Below, in pieces: positions 1 to 9,186 of a stretch of 64,000 nt of DNA. The stretch covers positions 21,582-85,581 of the forward strand of contig JAUCBJ010000576.1 in assembly GCA_032718475.1 (NCBI GenBank). The letters are read 5' to 3'. A model generated the notes under the pieces. It worked only from the letters and a program-made list of their open reading frames with translations, was not told the DNA's origin and searched no databases. The translations under genes were made by a program, and so were the position numbers. This stretch comes from Nemertoderma westbladi (taxonomy: Eukaryota > Animalia > Xenacoelomorpha). Position 1 is the stretch's first letter, and each line of letters begins with the position of its first letter.

Positions 1-793
1 CGCTGTACTTTCCGATAATTCCTTTATACCAAATATAGTGTAGTCCTTGGCTCCAAATCTTTCGAATGGCGCTGCTGCCTCCTCTTGGATATCATATCCC
101 CATCTCGGCTCTCCTTGTATCCCTTTCTCCATAATTAGGGGTGTAGTTACATAATCATTACTACTAGAGGGAATACAACAGAGTTTGTAGTTAGTTGTGA
201 GGAGACGTGAGAGTTTCGTCTGCCCTTTGGGCTCGACAACGCTCTAACCTCCTACCCATAGCCTAAGATCTAGGGTTTCTTTAATGACACGCTGCTTCTT
301 ATCTAAAATTTTTTGCCGAAATAAAAACGAATTTGGGCTAAACTGGCTGTGAGTCTAAAATACTCACTTTTTGATCCCAAACTATTATCAGAAAATAAGC
401 AATCAAGAATTAGTAATAAATATAGGGGAGTCTATTATTTGACGTAACTTATTGAAACAAGACCGTGTAAAATTTAATTAAAATTTTAAGAAAGGCTCGC
501 AAGTCTTCCTCTCTTGTTTCTCTAATTTTAAGTTCCACCCGACTGTACCCTGAAATCTATTCACTGGAGAAAATTTTAAAAAATTTTCAAATCCAAATGG
601 ATTGTCTAAATTTTCGAAAATGTCTCAATATTGTGAGTTCCAAGTAGAATTCCATTTCTTATACCTACAAATCCCGCTCCTATGTGACACATAAGGGTAC
701 TACCCTCAATGTTCACATATAAAGACAATGGAATTCTACCGCTGTCCTTACTACGGTGTACAGGTACGTGGAAATCTATTTGTAAACTCCTAA

Positions 794-3700
794 TTATTTA
801 CTAGTATTAGGTGGAGATTTGTAGTCTCCAGACTCGTTACGAGTCTCTTCAAGAAGTACGAGACGTTGAGTCGGTCTGTCTACTGTACGACCGTCAATTG
901 TCCGTACTGTCACAGTTCTTGTCACTCCATCCATAGATGGATGTGTGGCTAAAATTACACCTGTTATCCAGAAGCGTCTTTTTAGATTCACTTCCGCTAA
1001 CAGCACGTGATCTCCCGGCTTTAATGCGCAGGTGTTATTGTACCAAGTTGTTCTGGCAGAAATAGAGGGCAAATAATGGTTTTGCCATATTTCCCAGAAT
1101 TTGTTAGCCAGTAGTTGCGTGATTTTCCACGCTTTTCTACCGTAGCTATCGCTTTCTATTGGAATAGAAATAGGCGTCAAAGTGGTCGGTGCCTGCATTA
1201 GCAGGTGTGCCGGTGTCAAAGCAAACTGAGATTGTTTGTCATCGGGTACTAATACTATTGGTCTAGTATTTAGTATTGCCTCAATTTCAACAAACAGTGT
1301 TGTCAGTTGGTCGTCTGTCAATATGTGGTTTACTGGAATGACCTTTGCCATGGCTGTCTTTATAGATCTAATCAATCTCTCCCAGACTCCGCCTCTCCAA
1401 GGACTATCTGGAGGATTAAACTTCCAAACAATCTTGTGAGGTTGTAGTTCGTTCGAGATTTGATCATGATCTAATTTCTTAAAGGCTCTAGCAATCTCAT
1501 TCCGAGCACCAACAAAGTTTGTCCCTTGGTCTGAGTACAAGCATTTTACTAGTCCGCGTCTAGCGATAAATCGCCGCAATGCTAGTATAAACGCGTTGGT
1601 GGAAAGATCCATCACACGTTCAATATGGACTGCCCTACTGGACATACATGTGAAAATCAGTCCCCAGCGTTTTACTAGTATACGTCCACGTTTCGTATGT
1701 ATGGGACCAAAGCAATCAATTCCAGTCTCTGTAAAAGGTGGTCTGAATGCTTGAAGTCGTGCTTGTGGAAGTTCACTCATTTCTTGGGTACCTATTCTAG
1801 AGTGTACCTTTTTACAAATAATACACGTACGTGTCACTGAACTTAACGCTTTACTGGGTCTAATTAATACAAATCTTGTACGTAAGTAGGAAAGACAGTG
1901 GTGTCTTCCAGCGTGTTTCAGATGTAAATGTGCGTCCAGTATCATTGCACGTTGTAGTTCGTGATGCTGTGGTATTATTATTGGGTATCTAAAGTTCGTA
2001 TTAAAGTCAATGTTTTGAAGCCGAGATTTATGACAAATTAAGCCATTATAAATAATCGGACTCCAACTCAGTATTGGTGACGACTTGATTGGTTGACCTT
2101 GATTTATAGATGTGAATTCGCGTGCGAAATATCGCAGTTGGTAATGGCGAATTAATTTAATCTCACACCTGTCAATCTCAGCCAATGTAAGTCGACGTGT
2201 AAAGTCGCGTTTGCCTTTAACGTATTGTACAAAACGTACAATCCACGCTAATTTTCGGCAAGCGTTCGTCAAAGAATCTGTTAAGTTTACAATACGGTCG
2301 ACGTAAGTATTTGTGACGTCATCAGGTAAGTCAATGGAGAATTTGGAAGGTTTTGAATTACTAGAAGGGCCCACGGGTCTGCCGGTAAGTATTCCCTTGT
2401 TGACTGTTGATCCGTCCGGGTCTACAAGTAATTTGTCCTTCTTCGTCTTCTTACCTTGATTGTCAGTACTTTGTAAGTCGATCGTTAATGGTGGTTTGAA
2501 CTCTATGGGGTCAGCAGGTTTCGGTAAACTTATTTTTCTGCCGACATTAATCCCAGGTCTCACCATAGGTTGCAAGTTCGGTATGTCTCTTGAGCGCAAA
2601 GTAACACCTGTATTCACATTAGCGTAGGTACTACCCACATCTGTAATACATGAGGTTTCACCGTGCTTATGGTTGCTCAAGTGTGTCAAATTTGGTAGTT
2701 TGTCAATACAAGGCCGCTCCAATAGGGAAACTGCGGCTTTATTGTTTGTCAATATGTTACTAGTGTCTAGTAGAACATTTTGTGACATGTCTGGTAAAAT
2801 GTTTCGCGGAACATCCGGCGAAATATCTAGTGACGTGTCTGGCAAAACGTCTGGTTGACCGTCTAGTAACGTGTCTGGCGATACGTCTGGTAACGTATCT
2901 GGTTGTTGGTCAATACAAGGCCGCTCCAATAGGGAAACTGCGGCTTTACTGTTTGTCAATATGTTACTAGTGTCTGGTAGAACATTTTGTGACATGTCTG
3001 GCAAAATGTCTGGTTGACCGTCTAGTAACGTGTCTGTTTGACCGTCTGGCGATATGTCTGGTGTAGAAAGGCTCGCAAGTCTTCCTCTCTTGACCTTTGA
3101 AGTTATATCCTTCCATTTCGCCTTCGGTTTTTTCTTGAGTTTTGCCGCCGTTGTCTTTTTCTTTGCCTTCCCCTTTTTTGGTTTCTTGATTTCGGCGTCC
3201 TTAGGGATAGTGTTAGACTTGTTGTCGTATAACGGAGGCCAATTTAGTGTTGGTCTTTGTAAGAATTGTGGTCCGTGCTGCCAAAATTCTTTGTTCTCCG
3301 GTTTACAGAATTCCTCAGGCATCATTCCTCGCGACGCAATATCAGCTGGGTTTTGTGGTCCGGGACAATGTCGCCAATCCTCTTTTATTGAACGGTCTAG
3401 AATTTCTGCGCGACGGTTAGCTACGAATGTCTTGAATTCAAGTGTGTCGTTGTTTATGTAAAATAAAACCAACGTCGCGTCAGTCCAATAAAATATCTGT
3501 AAACTTGACTGTAGTTCTGTCTGTATGAGGTTCACGATGGTGGTTGACAGTGTTGCGGCTTGTAGCTCAGGTCGTGGTGTCGTCATATACTTAGTAGGCA
3601 TTGTTTTTGCCTTAGAAGTAATGAGCGAAACATCGAATTCTTCTGAGTCTACTTGTCTGCGCAAGTACGCTGCCACACCAAAGCCGTTGTCACTGGCGTC

Positions 3701-3940
3701 AGAAAAACAGTGTAATTCCAAGTTGTCAGGGAATGTTGTTTGTAATGGAAAGTAGACTCTGGGTATGGAATAATCCTCTAGCGAAGATAATTCTGCCTCC
3801 CAGGTCTTCCATAAGTCCACTTGGTCTGATGAGATCGGCTCGTCCCATGTCAGTCCATCCTTCCAAATACTGCGCATATAAATGCGGGCTTGCAGTATAA
3901 TTGGACTGATGAATCCTAATGGATCGAACAATCGGCTCAA
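794..3940 (-). CDS. BEL-A Pol C-terminal part: Pao-type RNase H, integrase zinc finger and DDE core, DUF5641-like tail
   Basis: FDPLG, HCFSDAS, TPRPELQAA, WRHCPGPQNPADIASRG, H..HAG..C..C, TGIDCFGP, YSDQGTNFVGA, PWRGGVWER, FWEIW..YLP. Joined to the upstream ORF by a frameshift near 3940. Confidence 0.93.
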   Translation of the reverse strand: MSRLFDPLGFISPIILQARIYMRSIWKDGLTWDEPISSDQVDLWKTWEAELSSLEDYSIPRVYFPLQTTFPDNLELHCFSDASDNGFGVAAYLRRQVDSEEFDVSLITSKAKTMPTKYMTTPRPELQAATLSTTIVNLIQTELQSSLQIFYWTDATLVLFYINNDTLEFKTFVANRRAEILDRSIKEDWRHCPGPQNPADIASRGMMPEEFCKPENKEFWQHGPQFLQRPTLNWPPLYDNKSNTIPKDAEIKKPKKGKAKKKTTAAKLKKKPKAKWKDITSKVKRGRLASLSTPDISPDGQTDTLLDGQPDILPDMSQNVLPDTSNILTNSKAAVSLLERPCIDQQPDTLPDVSPDTLLDGQPDVLPDTSLDISPDVPRNILPDMSQNVLLDTSNILTNNKAAVSLLERPCIDKLPNLTHLSNHKHGETSCITDVGSTYANVNTGVTLRSRDIPNLQPMVRPGINVGRKISLPKPADPIEFKPPLTIDLQSTDNQGKKTKKDKLLVDPDGSTVNKGILTGRPVGPSSNSKPSKFSIDLPDDVTNTYVDRIVNLTDSLTNACRKLAWIVRFVQYVKGKRDFTRRLTLAEIDRCEIKLIRHYQLRYFAREFTSINQGQPIKSSPILSWSPIIYNGLICHKSRLQNIDFNTNFRYPIIIPQHHELQRAMILDAHLHLKHAGRHHCLSYLRTRFVLIRPSKALSSVTRTCIICKKVHSRIGTQEMSELPQARLQAFRPPFTETGIDCFGPIHTKRGRILVKRWGLIFTCMSSRAVHIERVMDLSTNAFILALRRFIARRGLVKCLYSDQGTNFVGARNEIARAFKKLDHDQISNELQPHKIVWKFNPPDSPWRGGVWERLIRSIKTAMAKVIPVNHILTDDQLTTLFVEIEAILNTRPIVLVPDDKQSQFALTPAHLLMQAPTTLTPISIPIESDSYGRKAWKITQLLANKFWEIWQNHYLPSISARTTWYNNTCALKPGDHVLLAEVNLKRRFWITGVILATHPSMDGVTRTVTVRTIDGRTVDRPTQRLVLLEETRNESGDYKSPPNTSK
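2700..3060 (-). repeat. Coding repeats (about 12-bp L.D.. units and a duplicated NILTN.KAAVSLLERPCID block) in the RH-INT linker
   Basis: 2700-2800 is repeated at about 2910-3005. LLDGQPD/LPDTS/LPDMS units recur in translation. Confidence 0.8.
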
Positions 3941-6900
3941 TTTTGTGCATCTTTGTCAGTGTGTTTTCTTGACTGTCCAGTCTCACTTTCACTCGAAAGT
4001 TGTCCGTGTTTGGGTCCCAAAAGAGCCCCAACACCTTGGTTGTCGGTAGTGGTTCGAACTCTAGGTCTATGTCACCACCTCCACGCTCAGTCGTTCCGAA
4101 TGAGTCTACTAATTCGGCACTGTTTGAGGCGAATTTGGTGAGGTTAAAACCTCCGCCCGCTAAGCAGTCCCGTAATTGATGTGCTACTGTTGTAGCACGT
4201 TCTACTGTGTCGCAACTCTGTAAACCGTCGTCGACGTAAAAGTCACGCTCCACAATCCTAATTATCTCTGGGTCATACAGGTGTTTCTGATCCCTAGCGG
4301 CTTGTTTTAGGGCGTACATCGTGCAGTTTGGGCTGTCCCTGGCACCGAAAACGCGAACTTGCATTTGGTAAGTCGCCGGTGGTAGACTTAAGTCTCCTTC
4401 CGGATACCAGAGGAACCTCAAACTGTCTCTGTCTCGCTCTAACGCTCTCACTTGGTGAAACATCGCTTCAACGTCGCAAGTAAAAGCTACTTGACGCTGA
4501 CGGAAGCGCATAATCACCCACATAAGATAATTATTCATGTTTGGTCCATCCATCAACTCGCTATTTAGGGACATTCCCTCAAACAGAGCCGCACAGTCAT
4601 TGACTACACGTACTTTGTCTGGTTTGTCGGGGTGTCTCACAAAGTGATGTGGCAAGTAATATGTTTGGTCAGTCACTATCTCCGGGTTAGTCATTCGGAT
4701 AGCGTATCCCTTAGTCAAATACGTCTCCATCTGAGTGTTGTACTGCAGATGGGCTTTCTCGTCCTTTAATAGACGTTGCCGTATTGAGTGTAGACGTCTT
4801 AGAAGTGGATAGTTATTTATGAGTTTAGGACTTTGGCTACGCCATAACATCCCTACCTCATAATGTCCGTCCTCCGTCTGTTGGATAGTATCTTCCATGA
4901 TCTTCAGAGATTGTTTCTCCTGTTCCGACATACAAGGTTCGTAGCTACCAGGTTCAGCTGTATCTTGTTCTAACCACCTGATAGTCTTCTCCGTTAATTC
5001 TTTGTCCAGTGCAGCTTGTTCCATTTGATGATTTCTCAATGCGTCATCATCGATATCGATGGGCATTGTTGATGTCGTTGGGGTAGGTAGACTCGCAAGC
5101 CTTCCGGCGTTATCATCTGTCGTCGATGGAATCTCTAGCTGACTCGTCTTCTCCCCAAGTTCTAAATTCCGCTGGTGGATTAGCTGCTCCTTGTGACTTA
5201 TCATACTAGTCACACGTCTGTCATGTCTTGTATGTAAGGTAGTATGGTTCACGTCGTGTGAGAAGGAATGAATTGAATTTGTAGTTAATAAACTACATGT
5301 ACTTTGTACATCGTCTTCCTCGTCACTTACGTCTAGTGTGCGCACAGGCGCACGAGTATACCACCCTATCGGCGTTCTGCAGGCGTATGCGTTTCCCGCT
5401 ACGACTGCCGATGGTCTGGTTTCCCACACTTGGTGTAGGTTGAATTGGTCTGTCCCGATCAGCATGGCTACCGATCTATAATTGACAGGACATTCGGGTA
5501 CACCAAGGTGTCTGAAATACTTACGGTCCTCCAAGGATTGTTCTGGGACCGGACCTAGTAGGTTACTAAAGTCTTTGGTGGCCGCAAAGGTCAAATCCTT
5601 GAAGGGTAACAAAGACCTCTCCCTCTCGCTGTGTTGCGATTTCGGAAGAAGAGAGTCTAAGTTTAACTTGACTCGTGTCACTGGTATTGCACGCTGTCCG
5701 TGCATACTACTTACGGTATAACTGACGCGCTTACCTTGTCTGAGATCCGTCACGACGTCAGCTATCTTTTCATCCACGTAGCTGTGAGATGAGGCTGAAT
5801 CTAGAATAGCGTAGATTCTCTTACTCCCCTTTGTGCCAGTAATCTTAATCGGAATTACACTGAATCCCTTTAGTTGGTCAGTAGTCAGAAGCGCGATCGA
5901 TGGCTGTTCATCTCCATCCGAATATACGTCGTTGTCTTCTGACTCTTCGTCCGACGATCCGGATTGTTCTGAGAAGCAATCCTCAATATGGGTCACGAAG
6001 GTCGGAGTCGTTTTCGATTCTCGTTTTCTGTAGGCTGCATCACATCTCGCTGCTGCTTCCGGGTGTTCCCTGGCGAAGCGTTTTGTCGGTGTGTGGCTGT
6101 CTGTGTGGAGCAGACCGTCGTGTTTGCGTCCACAGGATGGACAAGTGTCGGTATTTGGGCAATCTTTACGGACGTGTCCGTGTCGCGTACACTGCCAACA
6201 AGAGTCCAATGGCCGTATCTGCAGCCGTCGTTCTTCCGAGTTTAACTCGCGAAACTGTCGACAACCTCGCAACTTGTGACCGATATACCGCTTGCCTAAA
6301 TGCTCGCAGTATTGGCAGCCGCTGAAGTCAGTACTGAGTTGTTGTCTCATCTGTTTTGTCCCAATGGGCGCAGATACCCTACTACCGTCCGAGAATTGTC
6401 GTGATTCCGTCGGTGTGGCGTAAGTGGCCGTCTTGGTGGATGTTGTCTGGGGTTTTTGTCGGTTGGAGGATGGCAAGGTGATCCCTTCTGCTACGATGTG
6501 CTGGTCAGTGTAGTTGGATCGAGTTTCTACAACTGCTTCCCTGGATATCAAAAGGTACACATCCTCTAGTTTTAAGAATCCACCCCGCTCTTCTCGCTGG
6601 TATTCGATCTTTCTCCACTCCCGACGAAGTCGATGGTGGAGTCGTCCTATGATCTTTAATAGGACTGTAGGGGTATTCCCGTAGTCAAGTTGTCCAATGG
6701 ATCTTAAAGTAGTGATAGCGTTCTTTATATCGTCGGCCAGTTTTAATAAGTCGACGGGTTTAGTAATAGCCCCTCCCTTACAGAGTTCCTCTATTACTGA
6801 CCTGGCCATACTGACTGTACCTCCATATATCGAAGTTAAATGATCGTACGCTAGTTCGAAGGCGTCCGGTACACCAACGAAGGTCTCTGCCAAACGTTTA

Positions 6901-7805
6901 GGTTCTCCTGACAACGTTTGAAGCAGGTAATTAAACTTCTCCCGTGATGTAAAGGCGCACACGGTGATCTGAGATTCGATATAGTCTACGAAAGTGTGCC
7001 AGTGTTTTGAGCTACCGGAAAACTTAGGTGGTTGTTGCACCGGCAATCCCTGTCTGGCTGCGAATTTCGCTATCTCCTCGGCAACGTTCAGAGTTTCGCG
7101 TCCTTGGTTGGTACACTGGTTGATATCCCTTCTTGGCGCTTTTCCCTGATACGATGGGTGTTTTGAAGGTACCGGTCCTTGTGGTTCCTTCGGGTGTCTA
7201 TTGTGTTCGAATTCAGTGTTCCTCGAACTATCGGTTTGAACTTCCTCCAGACGCTCCTCGATCTGAGCCAACTTGTTAACAACTGGTCGCAGGATGTCGG
7301 CGAACTGTTGTGTACTGATTGCGTCCGTTGGTTGTAACGCCTTCTGTGTTGGTGTATTCTGTGGAGGATTGTCTACAAAGGAGTTGTCTGAACGCTCGCG
7401 TTTATATTCATCGGCCGCCCCTGTTCTAAATACCTCGCGTTTCGGGTAATCCGATTCGCTCGAAGTACTACTATCATCTGGATATGGTGGTCGACGTGCT
7501 CGCGTCCGTTGTGTCGTACAAATTCTCACGTTTCGTTTCGGAACATCGTCCACTGATCTCCGTTGTTCGGTAGGCTCACAAGTCTTCCTCGAAGTCGTAG
7601 ATTGCGATGTAAACTGGTTGAACGGTCGCGTATCCACTAGTCTCCGTTGTTCGGTAGGCTCACAAGTCTTCCTCGAAGTCGTAGATTGCGATGTAAACTG
7701 GTTCGGTGGTCGAGTAACAGCGTTTGAATCCAAAGGCCTTGTTGGCCTAAACGTCATTGGGTAAGCGTAGTGTGTAACAGGTTTTGGCGTCAGATGTGGA
7801 CTCAC
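3726..7805 (-). CDS. BEL-A Gag (DUF1759-like capsid, three Cys/His knuckles), aspartic protease and reverse transcriptase
   Basis: PPKFSG..HW..F; CQYC..H....C, CWQCTRHGHVRKDC, CPSCGRKHDGLLH; ILDSASSHSYV; YYLPHH, KVRVVND, DVEAMFHQV, FGARDSP, FYVDD. Confidence 0.93.
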   Translation of the reverse strand: MSPHLTPKPVTHYAYPMTFRPTRPLDSNAVTRPPNQFTSQSTTSRKTCEPTEQRRLVDTRPFNQFTSQSTTSRKTCEPTEQRRSVDDVPKRNVRICTTQRTRARRPPYPDDSSTSSESDYPKREVFRTGAADEYKRERSDNSFVDNPPQNTPTQKALQPTDAISTQQFADILRPVVNKLAQIEERLEEVQTDSSRNTEFEHNRHPKEPQGPVPSKHPSYQGKAPRRDINQCTNQGRETLNVAEEIAKFAARQGLPVQQPPKFSGSSKHWHTFVDYIESQITVCAFTSREKFNYLLQTLSGEPKRLAETFVGVPDAFELAYDHLTSIYGGTVSMARSVIEELCKGGAITKPVDLLKLADDIKNAITTLRSIGQLDYGNTPTVLLKIIGRLHHRLRREWRKIEYQREERGGFLKLEDVYLLISREAVVETRSNYTDQHIVAEGITLPSSNRQKPQTTSTKTATYATPTESRQFSDGSRVSAPIGTKQMRQQLSTDFSGCQYCEHLGKRYIGHKLRGCRQFRELNSEERRLQIRPLDSCWQCTRHGHVRKDCPNTDTCPSCGRKHDGLLHTDSHTPTKRFAREHPEAAARCDAAYRKRESKTTPTFVTHIEDCFSEQSGSSDEESEDNDVYSDGDEQPSIALLTTDQLKGFSVIPIKITGTKGSKRIYAILDSASSHSYVDEKIADVVTDLRQGKRVSYTVSSMHGQRAIPVTRVKLNLDSLLPKSQHSERERSLLPFKDLTFAATKDFSNLLGPVPEQSLEDRKYFRHLGVPECPVNYRSVAMLIGTDQFNLHQVWETRPSAVVAGNAYACRTPIGWYTRAPVRTLDVSDEEDDVQSTCSLLTTNSIHSFSHDVNHTTLHTRHDRRVTSMISHKEQLIHQRNLELGEKTSQLEIPSTTDDNAGRLASLPTPTTSTMPIDIDDDALRNHQMEQAALDKELTEKTIRWLEQDTAEPGSYEPCMSEQEKQSLKIMEDTIQQTEDGHYEVGMLWRSQSPKLINNYPLLRRLHSIRQRLLKDEKAHLQYNTQMETYLTKGYAIRMTNPEIVTDQTYYLPHHFVRHPDKPDKVRVVNDCAALFEGMSLNSELMDGPNMNNYLMWVIMRFRQRQVAFTCDVEAMFHQVRALERDRDSLRFLWYPEGDLSLPPATYQMQVRVFGARDSPNCTMYALKQAARDQKHLYDPEIIRIVERDFYVDDGLQSCDTVERATTVAHQLRDCLAGGGFNLTKFASNSAELVDSFGTTERGGGDIDLEFEPLPTTKVLGLFWDPNTDNFRVKVRLDSQENTLTKMHKIEPIVRSIRIHQSNYTASPHLYAQYLEGWTDMGRADLIRPSGLMEDLGGRIIFARGLFHTQSLLSITNNIP

Positions 7806-7845
7806 CTGTTTTGTCGTCAGTAGTGCAGGTCCGACTAATAAACTA

Positions 7846-9186
7846 CTACGATCTGTAATCGGCTAATTCTCTCGCCTTCTTCCCGAGTTCGAAATGAAGT
7901 TTAACTTCCTTCTCGCGTTGTTCCGTCTGTTGTTGTTGCGCCTCGAGCTCCGCTTGTCTTATCGCTGATTGAGCCTTTATTTGCCGTTTTTTCATTTCAG
8001 CTCTTGCTTCCGAAACTCGCTTATGTTCTTCCAACTCTGCTGCTCGTCGCTCTAGTTCCGCTGCTGCTGCTCGTCGCTCTAGTTCCGCTGCTGCTGCTTG
8101 TCGCTCTAGTTCCGCTGCTGCTGCTCGTCGCTCTAGTTCCACTGCTGCTGCTTGTCGCTCTAATTCAGCTGCTGCCGCTTGTTGCGCTAACTCAGCTGCC
8201 GCTGTTCGCTGTGCTATTTCTAGCTCCAACCTTTCCATCTCAGCCGCTTCCAACTCGGCTTGTTCTTGCAGATGAGAGATTCTTGCAACATTCGCAACGC
8301 GTAGTTTCTCTTCCTGCACGGCTGCCTGTGCCGTCAACAGTTGAGCTTGTTCCTCCACTTCCCGTTGTTGTCTATCATGCTGTTGTTGCTGTCTGGAAAT
8401 TTCTGACGTCACTATACTTATCTCGCCAATTTCGCTGCGAATACTCACTAACGATTGGTCCAGTATTCCCGGTGCCGATTCAATTCGTACGGGTGAAATT
8501 TCCCTCGTATATTCCGGCACGGTTTCCAAATCGCCAACGTCTTCGCCGCACATACGTAAGTGGTCCGTCAGATGTTTCAATTGTCCATCTAGTCGGTACA
8601 GTTCCTGTTCTTCCTCGGGTTGCAATAATTCGTCCGAAACTGACTCGCCTAACAACTGGTCCGCTTGTTCCTGTTGTATTTGCCTAATTGTCGACTTAAA
8701 CTGAATCAGTTTCTCTCTAGCGATCATTAGTTTCTCAAGGATTCTAAGTTGAGTATCCATGTCCTGTCTCTGTCTAGCTAGATCTTGTAGACCAATTAGG
8801 TTAGCTACGGACTTGTGTACTCTAGTTTGTACTCTAACCTGGAGGGTGTAGAACTCGAATCGAGACATCGGAGCGGTCAACTCGTCTAATATGCGTTGGC
8901 CTTCCCCAATACTCCTGGTTATATGTGCCATATATCCACCGACGCTTCTAACCACACTCTCCTGGCTTCCTGCTGAACTTACCATGTCCGTTTCCCTATA
9001 TCTAGGTTGCGGAACAGTTAGAAAGTCCTCGGTCCTGCCGTCACCTCGTACTACGGCATCCGGTACTCCTGTTGGATGTACTGGTGACGCACACGGTGTA
9101 GGTTCGGTAGGCTCGCGAGTCTTCCCCTGTTGTTCTTCCGCTGCTGACTTCGCTTTCGTCCTTCTGGGCTCCTCCCGGAGGCGCAC
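7846..9186 (-). CDS. BEL-A Gag N-terminal coiled-coil region (probably frameshifted from the main gag-pol ORF)
   Basis: E/Q/A-rich helical sequence directly upstream of gag on the same strand. The neighbouring frame is open across about 7860-7805. Confidence 0.7.
   Translation of the reverse strand: MRLREEPRRTKAKSAAEEQQGKTREPTEPTPCASPVHPTGVPDAVVRGDGRTEDFLTVPQPRYRETDMVSSAGSQESVVRSVGGYMAHITRSIGEGQRILDELTAPMSRFEFYTLQVRVQTRVHKSVANLIGLQDLARQRQDMDTQLRILEKLMIAREKLIQFKSTIRQIQQEQADQLLGESVSDELLQPEEEQELYRLDGQLKHLTDHLRMCGEDVGDLETVPEYTREISPVRIESAPGILDQSLVSIRSEIGEISIVTSEISRQQQQHDRQQREVEEQAQLLTAQAAVQEEKLRVANVARISHLQEQAELEAAEMERLELEIAQRTAAAELAQQAAAAELERQAAAVELERRAAAAELERQAAAAELERRAAAAELERRAAELEEHKRVSEARAEMKKRQIKAQSAIRQAELEAQQQQTEQREKEVKLHFELGKKARELADYRS
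8036..8200 (-). repeat. 27-bp coding tandem repeat (AELERRAAA)
   Basis: About 6 units of gctgctgctcgtcgctctagttcc on the + strand. Confidence 0.9.

Noticed and set aside
8004-8687. Hydrophobic antisense ORFs (also 47813-48120, 16524-17977, 56526-57301)
   Set aside because: Shadows of stop-free tandem repeats or of the real coding strand.
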